Below, one piece after another: positions 23,153-33,400 of a stretch of 40,411 nucleotides of DNA. The notes below the pieces were generated by a model. That model had not been told where the DNA came from. It searched no databases and worked only from the letters and a program-made list of their open reading frames with translations. This stretch comes from Spirogloea muscicola (lineage: Eukaryota). How positions within the stretch are numbered: the first letter of the stretch is position 1; each line of letters starts with the position of its first letter. The stretch is from assembly GCA_009602725.1 (NCBI GenBank), contig WELB01000027.1, forward strand, positions 240,972 through 281,382. The letters run 5' to 3'. A program made the position numbers and the translations under genes.

Positions 23153-24211
23153 TCAGTTGTTCTTGGATGTCTCGCGGAAGCGCTCGGGCTCAGCAAAGCT
23201 GGCGGGCTCCCCCGATTGGTGCGAGAGCTCAAAGAGGAGGACAGAGGTTGCCAGCACAATGCAGAGAAGCGCAACAACGACACGGGAGCCGCGTGATGCA
23301 GCCGCCACCGCCGCCTCCAGCGCTGCTCGGATCAGCATCCCTGCAGCTCACCCCATAGCGGAATGGAACTCATCCAGCAGATCAGGAGAATGCTTGTCTT
23401 CCGTCCCACATAGCTTGCACAGCAGCAGGTGCGTTGTAACTAACTATTGTGCCAGTACGGGGAAACCCAAATGGAGGATAAATTAGCAAAATTTGTGATG
23501 GCCACTGAGAGAACCTGCCAGTATTTTGAGAAGGGTGGCGTGCTTGTGTGAGGCGGCATTACCTGACGAGAGGAAGTAGACCGGGTAAGCCCATCGGGCG
23601 TGCGACAGGAGGCCGCAGCCTGCGGTGATGAGGTAGATGGCCGAGGAGAGGTCGGGAAGCGCGTTCAGGACGCCACTTGACGTGTCTCCCCACAGGTCTG
23701 CCAAACACCATCACCAGTCGGGGGGGGTGAGCGCAGGACACAGCTGCGATGGATCGTGGGCAGTACATCACAAGATATCATCGCATTAGCGCAGCATCGT
23801 TTGCATTATCGTGTATCGCAGTGGCCCTGTCGGCGGATTCCCTGAGAGCCACTGCGGGAACACGATACCAGGTTGCCGGCCATTGCCATCGCCTCGCTGG
23901 CCATGGGAAGGCACCCAGCTGGCAACACCCTACCGACTGCTCTTCCATGAAGAGATTGACCAGCTGACTGGCCGGCTCTCGGCCTGTCTCGATCCCGCGA
24001 CCTCGAATTTGCAGACAGCGGCACTCTCGGCGGCACTCTCGGTGGCACTGTCGGCGGCACCCGATGCGAGCGCAGGGGCGGACCTGAGAAGCGGCCCGAG
24101 GCGGCGAGCGTCCCCCAGATGGCCAGGATGCTGAGGCCGCTGGCGACGCACAGCAGCGCCGCCGCGGTGCGCAGCTCGCCGCCGCCGGCGCCATCGCCGC
24201 CGCNCAGGCAT
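23153..24211 (-). CDS. Uncharacterised ~149-aa protein with about four transmembrane helices
   Basis: Exons (minus) 24211-24084, 23697-23563 and 23340-23153 have canonical GT-AG, phase-1 junctions, treating the single N at 24204 as a spurious base. Protein: MPGGGDGAGGGELRTAAALLCVASGLSILAIWGTLAASGRFSDLWGDTSSGVLNALPDLSSAIYLITAGCGLLSHARWAYPVYFLSSGMLIRAALEAAVAAASRGSRVVVALLCIVLATSVLLFELSHQ...KNN*. Confidence 0.72.
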
Positions 24212-24304
24212 TGCTTCGCAGCTCAAACGAGACGCCCACTCGATAGCACTTAGCGCACGAGGCAGTCACTGAGGCTGCTTCATTTCGGCGCCGGGAAAGT
24301 GCAC

Positions 24305-24478
24305 CTCGTCGTCAGCAGCTCCGATGATGGCGGGCCCCCAGCTGCCAATATAGTCAATGTACTCGTTGCCGTCGATGTCCCAGGCGTGAGAGCCCTTGAC
24401 GCGGTCGAAGAAGATGGGCTGGCCACCAACGGACTTGAATGCCCGCACGGGTGAATTCACGCCACCGGGCAGCAGCTC
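24305..24478 (-). pseudogene. GSA: Isolated exon of glutamate-1-semialdehyde 2,1-aminomutase (GSA/hemL)
   Basis: A 174-nt exon bounded by AG and GT encodes [58 protein letters not shown], the conserved N-terminal GSA block. I found no other GSA exon in the window. Confidence 0.88.
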
Positions 24479-24640
24479 CTGCGCGACGATCAGACGGAGT
24501 GGACAGACTTAAAAGAAGCCTCAGGGAAATGGACGAAATGGACGACGGCCTAGAAGCGGCGAACGGCAGCTGAAAGCGGCAATCAGAGCGGGAGAACTCG
24601 GAGCTCAACAGAGGCGGCCAGCAAACGGCAGCTAGGTGAG

Positions 24641-27600
24641 GCGGCTGCGGCGGCGGCGGCGGCGGTGGCGTGGCCGCCGGGCTACCCGCCGGCGGCGCAG
24701 CCGGAGGTGATGCGCGCGGCCGAGAAGGACGACCAGTACCTCAAGTACGTCTGCGACTCGTGCCAAGACGTGGCGCGCACGTACGCCGGTGAGGAGACCA
24801 TGACCATGGCGCCGCGGCGATGCCCCGCCTCGCGCCGAGCCCCGCAAGCGGTGGCGGCGGCGCCGGCGGCGGCCCGGCTCTCGCCGCGCCGCCGTCCTGG
24901 AAGGCCGAGCGCTGACCGTCTCGCCGGCTCCCCGGCTTGCCTGGACGGTGCAGGCCCCCGCTTCGCCGTGGCCTACCAGAACGAGGTGCGGCCCGACGGC
25001 CACTTCACGTCATGCGCCAGCTCTCCCTCGTTCGTTTCCCTTTGCGGATTGCTCCTCGGGGCTCGCTCGCGGCGCCTGGCAGCCAGTCGTGGCATCCCAC
25101 GGAGGCCGTCTGAGTCGTCTGGCTTTGCTGCGCTCTGTCCTGCCAGACGCGGCTCGTCGGCCAGGTGCTGTACTACCTGCTCACGACCGGGGCGGGGCTG
25201 CAGACGCTGGGGGAGGAGTACTGCGACATCTCGCAGGTTCTTTTGCTGTCCTTGCGCCGACAGCAGCCGTGCCCATCTCGAGGAAAGCAGAATGATGTGC
25301 TTCATAGCATGGGACGACGGTGGGGCTACTCGGGATTAGCGCGTAACCTCAAATCATAGATACTCGACACAATTAGAATGATGACGGCTTCATGTCGCCT
25401 TAAATCTGGTCTGTAGCCGAGACCTGCTCCTCAAGTGGTGTTTGTGGACGGCGAGAGAGGCTGTAGCAGAGGTCCCTAGGGAGCGAGGGGTTCTCAGGCC
25501 TTGACTAGGTGAGGCTTTTGCGATGGGATGGCTTTGCCAGGTGGCGGGGCCTGCAGGGGCTCCGGTGCGGCCACGCAGGAGACTGTCACTTGTGCTACTC
25601 CACACCCTCTTCCCCTACCTCCTCGAGCGGCTCAGGTAGATACTTGCCACCGATGAGCCTTGGTTGCTGCAGTGCCTTCCTCATGGGCCTGTCGTGACCC
25701 TTGTGCCCTGCTTGCCAAACTCAGGGTTTACAAAGGGTCTAGGCTGACTGTTCAGTCCTTGGGCTGCTGCTGACGCTGGCGATGAGGAAGTTGACTGTCA
25801 GCTCAGCCTCAGCTTCAGGAGGTCTATGTTGAACTGTTGAGTGGCTATCCTCTGCTCTGTGCACAGTGCGAGGGCCTCTGCCCATGGCGCGACAATTGCG
25901 TCTCGGCCTAGTCCGAGCAGCCAGCTCAGCAGAACAGAGATTTTCCTGGACCGCCATCATTCTGGCGCAGCCGTTGAAGAGATTGTGATTGCCAGCACCA
26001 GCAGAGAGGCGCAAGCATGGCACAGAAGCTTGGGTGGCACGCTGACGCAAAGGCTACGAGAGTTTTACGAGAAGGCTCTCTTATGGTACTCGAGTGTACG
26101 TTATAGATTGGAATGATTCCTTTCTCACAAAAGTCATGCTTAGGGGTGGCTAGGCTGCTTTGCTGACGCGAGTACCAGTCTAGCCAGTGGGCTGACTGGC
26201 AGGCTTGGGGTGCACCAGAAGTTCCTCTTATGGCCACTCTATTCTATGCCCCATCCTGTGAATTTCAGTCGCTGCTGACTGTTCGGGAGGCCTTGCTGCT
26301 TGGTGTACGGATGCACCTGATGCTCTTCTATTTTGAAGGTGATGCACTTTCGCACTCATGTAGTAGTCGAGGGCCAGGTATTGGTGCTGTGCATTGGATC
26401 TGCACTTTGTACTATCCTTGCAGTGATTGCATTGCATCTGCACTAGTGAACTGTCATTGCAGGGGCACGGCAACAGGTACCCCTAAAATTCTGATGTTGT
26501 TTCTGAGCAGGATTTTACTATCATCTAGCCAAGCGAGCTACAGGAGTCCGTTACGTCTTCACTGGCCGGGCTTCAGAGCAGCGGCCAAGGTTTATGTCCA
26601 TGCAGACTCTCACACCGATTGCAAATAGATTGATGAACTTGAGTACTGGGTTTTAAATTGCAGAACAGATAAAGTGAAGTCGAGTACTGGTATTTGAATT
26701 GCAAACGATAGACATCTGCTGACAATTCCGGACTCAATCTGAGTGCCAGGTATCACATCTTGGGGATGTTTCTCCTGGTCCAAGTTGGAATTCTGGGGGG
26801 GGATTGGTTTCGGAGGGCTGTCATCCCTTCTGTTGCTGCTTCCATTCAAGCTGAAGGAGCGGATGGGTTGCTTGGTAAGCCAGCTACTTCGTATAGGGTA
26901 CACCAATCATGAGAAGCAGGTCTGCGTGACTTCTTCTGATTTGAGCCTGCCAACCAGCCTATGATAGAAGTCCAGTCATGATTGATTGCTGTATCTATCA
27001 CATGGGCAGGACGACGAGGACTTTTGGTCCTTGGTGGAGATGGCAAGCCAGTTGCTTCAAAAGCTGTGGGTCCAGACATTGGAAGAGTGGAGTCCGAGGT
27101 CAGCATCCAACGCAGCAGTGGCAGCCTGGTGCTGCTTCATTGCTTTGCCTATGAATCGTAAAGCAGGCCAGAACAGGAGTTTCCATCTTGGGACCTAGCT
27201 GACATTAACTGGTGATTCTTTTCATTACATCGGTTGCTGGTCATCAACAGCTGCTGACGGATGATAGCTTCTATGCTGACCAGGTAGCTGCAGCGTCCAA
27301 ATGTCCGCTCTGCCTAAGTGTACGGGATTACCCCACAGCGACTCCCTGTGGCCACGTCTTTTGCTGGTGGGTGCCCAAGCCTGCCAGATTTATATTGACA
27401 TTGAGTTGGCATTCTATTTAGAGTCATTTGTATCAATTTCAGCACCCATTTGGTGAACAAGCTCATTTCGTTTACCCAACACTCAGAAGCTGCTCTGAGA
27501 CAAACTCTGAGAGATGCGATTATAAACAACAAATATACACTTTGACTATTACAGGAGGTGCATTGCTGAGTGGGGCAACGAGAAAGCAGAATGCCCTCTT

Positions 27601-27657
27601 TGTAGGGCTGCATTTACACACTCCTCCCTTGTCGGTGTGCACCACTCAGATTTCTAG
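24641..27657 (+). CDS. PEX10: Peroxisome biogenesis factor 10 (RING E3 ligase); 5' end unresolved
   Basis: Exons ~24641-24788, 24954-24985, 25147-25236, 25541-25635, 25867-26095, 26269-26338, 26511-26589, 26750-26874, 27010-27098, 27284-27366, 27555-27657. Motifs: [93 protein letters not shown], and C-terminal HSDF*. Confidence 0.95.
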
Positions 27658-28357
27658 GTCGGTCATTCTGAGTGTGCCAGTAGGGCAGTTAGAGACTGTC
27701 ACTTGTGTATGACCTATAGAGTCAGGTTACTCACTTTGCTAGCCTCCGCTTTTATAGCCTTGGAGGTCATGTGGAAGCTTCCTCAATTACATGCACAACA
27801 TATCTCAAGTCACTATCCAAGAAGGGCAATTGGATATGTCAACATCATTCTTCCTCAAAGGTTGCATTTCTGTTAAGCAGCCAACTGAAGTTTAAATCGG
27901 TTCAGTTTCACAACGCACAGGCAGAAGCTGCTTATGCAACTGTACACTGGCTCAGATACCTTGGCATAAGCAAATTCAACTTTGCATCCTTGCTCACGTG
28001 TCGTAACTGCTGGTACATGCAAACGAGTCAAGTTGCGTGCTGGAAGGCTACGGTCACTGCTCCTATTCTTTCTGGTTTGCACCTGTGCATATTGAATCGG
28101 CGCACATGAGCTAGAGCCAGAGGCTCACCATCAGGCTTCCTTACCGTGGCCTTTGCCTTCGCTGCTGCCACTCACTAGAATCTGCTTCACTGACTGGCTG
28201 TACTCAGCGGCCTTGAAGTATGTGCACTTGCATGGTCAAGTAGAAGCGTCCTCTGATGCTGACATCTGCTACATCTTCTTTGTATGGAGCTTAGAAATAG
28301 TTCGGCAGTCATTGTGCACCCAGCAGGCATTGACCCTGCACCTTGACTTCCCAATCT

Positions 28358-28690
28358 AGCGACCTCTATGTGCTGACTCGTGGTTTCTGAGCGGGTCAGC
28401 TTAGCAGCAGGTGATGTACATCTGTCAATGTGCTTGCCTTCGTACTTGGCCACTCAGGCCCTCCATCACTCAGTGCACATTCCGTTACCTCTGGAAGAGC
28501 TCACACCTTTTTCGTTTTAGACGAGCTATGGCTGCTGCTTCTGGGTCTCGTCAGGGTACCTCTTTCCAGCTGCTAAGGTTCTCCGATTGCGGCCGCTGAC
28601 TCGTGGTTACCAAGCTCCCATCCGTTGTAGTCTCTTGCATAACTGTGTGGTCTTGGCGCCTTTCCGGCCCTTTGGACCTTGTTCATGCTT
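28358..28690 (+). mobile_element. Tandem short RLE retrotransposon 3'-end fragments
   Basis: 28358-28449 matches the AOX-intron fragment. 28520-28612 is a degenerate ORF end (RAMAAASGSRQG..tgactcgtggttac). 28662-28685 repeats window positions 1-25 (ttccggccctttggaccttgttcat). Confidence 0.72.
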
Positions 28691-28883
28691 CTTTAGACGA
28701 GCTGCTTTCCGAAGCAGCTCAAGGCTAGCTAGGGCCGCAATCGCCATCGCTCCTTGATCTTGTGTGCTTGTGTGCTTGGCCATTTGGCCTTCGTTTGTTT
28801 CAAACACACGAAAATATGTCCTTGATCTGGGCTTAGAGAAAGGGTGCTGGAGTTCAGAGTTCTTTGAGAGTTCTTCGCCCTCG

Positions 28884-29946
28884 CTGCTGGGCCTCCCCCC
28901 GCCCTGCCTGCTGGGCCTCCCCCCGCCCTGCCTGCTGGGCGTGCTGCAGTGCGAGTGTGGGGAGCGGTCAACGGACCCGGCGGAGCTGGCGGCGCACATC
29001 CTCCGCTGCGCCACTGGAGGTGAACGTACAGCGGCTCACGATCTTCTGCGCGATGCCATGTTCGGCATCTTTCAGGAGGCTGGCTACACGGTCGCAATGG
29101 AGAACGCCTCCGTCATGCCCATCCTCCAGAAGAAAGTGCTCGCCCATTGAGAATAGGGGCTGGAACAACCAGCCCGAAAAAGAATGAACAGAGTACGAGA
29201 AGGGGGCCAGGGGAAGCGCTAAGTAACAGAAACAAAGCTGCTACGAGACACTCAGTAACCCCTGCTAAGCAGCCGCAGATCAGAGATGCTGGGCTAGAGG
29301 GCCGACCGACTCCATACGCGCCGTGTCGACCTGGTGGCGTCCGCCGGGCGGCGGCGCGCGCATCATCGCCGACGTCGTCACCACCGATGTGGTCGACCGC
29401 TCCAACCCGGGGCTCTCTGCCTCGCGGGCTGGCCATGCTTCGGCGAGGGCTGCTCGCAGCAAGGCGGCCAAGCACGCCGACCACCCGGCTGCAGATGAAT
29501 TAATTCCCCTGGCAGTGGACGTGCACGGGACTCTCGGGTCCCAGTGGCTCGACCTGCTGGCCAGGCTCGCGCGGCGTGCTGTATCCCGCCGGCGCGGCGA
29601 ACCGGCTGACTTTAATGCAGCTGGCTCGTGGGCTCAGGTATACCGGATGAGATTGTCAGTGTCCCTCCAGCGGTCCATGGCCCACGCTCTGCATCTGCGT
29701 GCTGGCCGTGCTCTTGCTGCGGCCTCTGGCTTTCGTCAGGGTGATAGCTTCCCGGCAGCTAGTCTGTCGGATCTGAGGCTCCTCACTCGTAATTACTGAG
29801 TGATCCATCCATCCTCCCCCTGTTTTTCCCATCGCATCCTCAGGCCCATTTGTAGCTGCTCAACGCTCTTAGGCCCCTTCGAACCTTTGTCAATTCTTTT
29901 GGGCTGGCTTTTCGCAGCCCTTGCCCCCATTGGGAGTACCACTTCT
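28884..29946 (+). mobile_element. Longest copy of a CRE-like RLE non-LTR retrotransposon (5'-truncated): zinc knuckle + restriction-like endonuclease + 3'UTR
   Basis: In order: LLGLP, CECG..HILRC (CCHC knuckle), RTAAHDLLRD (RHD-type), RRVDLV, IIADV, K..K, LIPLAVDVHGTLG and LSVSLQR. This is the motif order of the C-terminal RLE of CRE/R2-group elements. Stop at 29799 is followed by the 3'UTR hairpin module and CTTCT tail. It is interrupted by a nested insert (29130-29297) and one frameshift near 29340. Confidence 0.85.
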
Positions 29947-29959
29947 CGCTGCTGCCTCT

Positions 29960-30170
29960 GGCTCTGGCCAGGGGACCCACTTCCAGGAGCCTAGCATCTC
30001 TGATCTGCGGCTGCTTAGCAGGGGTTACTGCGTCTTTCGCAGCTGCTTTGTTTCTCTTTGTGCTCGCCTTTCTTAGCCCTTCTTTGAGAGTACATTTGTC
30101 AATGTGCTTACCTTTGTACTTGGCCACACATGGCCTCCCCATCTCTTTAATACACACACATTCTTCTTTG
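29960..30170 (+). mobile_element. Further 5'-truncated 3'-end copies directly behind the long copy
   Basis: gcatctctgatctgcggctgcttagcaggggttactg (29995-30030) is the same ORF end as the nested insert at 29234-29290. 30091-30140 resembles 28418-28445. Confidence 0.7.
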
Positions 30171-30352
30171 AGAGGTTTGGGGTTTACTCTGCGTGACGTA
30201 GATCTCAGCATCCTGGGGTTTACTTTGTGTGACCTAGATCTCACCATCTGACCACGAGGGTATCGTAGATTGGACCTCTCCACGCCGCCGTCGCCGCCGC
30301 AGCCGCCGCCGCCGCCGCCGCCGCCTCCGCCGCCTCCGCCGCCGCCGCCGCC

Positions 30353-30445
30353 NNNNNNNNNNNNNNNNNNNNNNNNNNNNNNNNNNNNNNNNNNNNNNNN
30401 NNNNNNNNNNNNNNNNNNNNNNNNNNNNNNNNNNNNNNNNNNNNN
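30353..30445. other. Assembly gap (N run) within GCC repeats
   Basis: Ns; probably overlaps the 5' end of the LOTUS-like gene. Confidence 1.
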
Positions 30446-33400
30446 CGCAACATCCGCCAGCCGCCGAGGCCGCCGCCGCCGGCGACCGAGCTGCGCCGCC
30501 GGTGCAGCCGCCCCGACGGCCGCCCCCCTCTCCCAGACCACAAGAGAAGTCGTTATCATATCCATCGCCGTCTCCGCCGGCGGTGCCTGTCTCCGGCGAC
30601 GGCGGCGAGGCCGTCTCCAGGGACGTGCTCGCCGAGGACGGGGTTCTCAGGATCGTCCTCAAGAGCGGCAGCGCCTCACGGGCAGCCGGATCCGAGGACC
30701 CATTGACGAAGACAGTTGCCAGCAGCGAGCCGAACGTGCCACGGCTCCACTCCGAGGACGACTTCACTACTGGCAGCGTCGCGGAGCCCACTACAGCGCC
30801 GCCTCCGCCGCTGCAAAGCAGACCATCCAAGGATCTCCGTGATATTCGTACAGCGTTGCCCATGGACGAACTTCAGCTGCAAGCTGCGGCCCAGCCCAGG
30901 TATGCCTATGCTGCACCTCTGAACCCAAGTTGTTGGCACCCACGATTAGCGAGACATGAGGCCGTGGCAAGACATTGCTGCCGCTGCCAATTTATCATGA
31001 CATTCTCACATTATGACATTCTTAGAGAGTCATCAACGTGCCATGCGAGCCATCTATGGTAGTGTGGGCGGCTGCATGGCAGCTCATCCTCCACATGCGG
31101 CACCAGCATGTGGAGGATGCAACATGAGCACTTGTAGAAAACAGATCAATCTTCGTCGACTTGGGGGGTCCTAGCCTTGAGAACAGTAGCTCTCGCCTTG
31201 CCGGCAAGTCTTATTGACTCCAAGAAGTGTGTGTGGCGGTGGTTTTGGACGATCTTGTATGCATCGCCAGACATTGCAGGAGGACAAGCTCTCTTACGGC
31301 CTTCTTTGCTTGTGTGCTTGGCTTCAGGCTTTCCATCTCGATATCCACCGATCAGGCAGGAGGACGGGTTGTTGTGAACAAGCCAACATCACCTGTCCAT
31401 TGCCCCGCTGCTGCAGCAGCCCCTGTTGCGCAGCTCTCTCCTCCTTCAGCTCTGTCGCCGAGAGCGAAGCTGGAAACCTGGCTCAAGGACTTCTTAGCCG
31501 GTGGCATCACTGATGCTTATGACTTGCAGGACATCAGGGACGCCTACATGCAGGCTTCTGGGGAGACGGTTACAGCCAATTACCTCAAGAAAATGTTGTC
31601 CACATTGTCGCACCTGGTCACACTCGAGGAGGTGGACGATCGCTCCTTTGTGTCAGTGGTGCACTCGCACGAGCGACCGAGGGCACCCGTTCTGCAAAGG
31701 CTCGGGGTCCCGTCGACGAGGGACGCGCACGTGGAGGACTGGCCTCCTGCGAACCCCCTCGGCGGCCGCGTGGGGAGCTACACTCCCGAGGATCAGGTGG
31801 TTTCCGCGCTGCACGCAATCGGCAACTGGCTGGTCAAAGTCATGGACCGCCTGCAGCGGCCGACGCAATTGTCCAACATCCCGCCGGCCATGAAGAAGGG
31901 CCTTGGTTTCTTTCCCGCGCCACTGGCTCTGGGCTTCACGTCCCTGGCAGGCATGCTCTCCTTCTTCTCCAACAGCGTCTACGTGTGGAGGGCTGACAAG
32001 GGGCACTGCCTTGTGTACCCCATTTATCATGCTGCCGAGCCAACGTGGACATTGGTGAAGCCCGAGCTGCCGAAGTGCTGCGATCTACCTGACAGTGTGA
32101 TGCGCTTCTGCCGCGAGCACCCCGCTGGTCAGCTGTATGAGGAGGACGAGGCCACCCACATCATGCTGCTACTCAAGGACTGGCTCCAGCAGGTTATGGC
32201 TCGGCCCGAGGCGGCGGCAGGCTACGATGTGCACCAGGCCCTGGAGGACTTTAATTTTGCCCATAACCTCAAGGCTGACCACTTCAGGCTCGACTTTGTG
32301 TCACCGGCGAGGATGTTTGCCTACTTCAAGGACGTCGTGATGGTCATACGCAGCGGCGAGGATGGCCAGTTGCTCATGCCCCCTTGGGTCCTGCGGCAGG
32401 GCAGGCACAACGAGGTCTGCATGGGACCTGGCAAGCCTGTTTACCACTACTATCACACCATGGAGAAGATGCGCAAGCGGCAGCAATCTTCTCAGAAGCC
32501 TGTGCTTGCAAGGCTCGGCTCGGCCCACACACTCGACGATGCTTCTCAAGCGGAGCGCAGGAGCATCCACTCCCGGCTGGGCAGGTCTGAATCTTCCAAA
32601 GCAGATGTGAAGGCGATCAAGAAAGACTCACAGCACCCCAGATCAGACAAGCAGGCCAAGCGTGCGTTGCAGGAGGAACCACACTCTGCTGACATCGTGG
32701 TCAAGCGCGGTAGACCTTCAGAGCACGTCGATATCCCGAGGAGCGTCTCACCTGTTGGGCTGCAATCCGTGGTGCCAGAGGCATCCGCAGCTGAGAAGAG
32801 AAGCAACGAGGCCATCAGGAAGGGCCTCGAGAAGCTGGTGGAAGCTGGTGTGCAAATGCAGGCAGAGGGTGCCGCCAGAAAGGCTGTGGAGGACAATGCA
32901 CCGGCGCCGCAATCTGCGGGAAGCACAGCGGCTGAGCTTCAGCCAGTTGCGCCTCCACTTCCAGCTGACAGTGTAGCAAAGCCTGAAGCCCAGGATGAAG
33001 ATGGCGTCCAGGGTACTCCTCCTGAGAGTGGCCGCACAATGACAGCACCCCTGACCTTCTCAGGGGTGCTGACCAGCACCCCCGATGAGACAAAGCTGGC
33101 GGATAATGCGCAGGTAGAAATGCAGAAAGAGAGAGAGGCAGAGAAGACTGAGCGAATGTCACCGAAGCAGAGTACATTGCACTTGTGTGAGGATAAGCGC
33201 ACGGTATGATTCTGACTTGCTATGATTAGCCTGTCATGGCGACCTTATATTGCACGTGGTTGTCTGCACTTTGTCATGCAGTAGCTTCTGTCGTATCATT
33301 GTAGTCATTGACCTTACGGTCTGATCCCATCAGCTGAGCCTCACACATATTTCAGGTTGCTTGCCCTGTTGTTCTGGTGCAGGTGCCTGATCTGAGCTTG

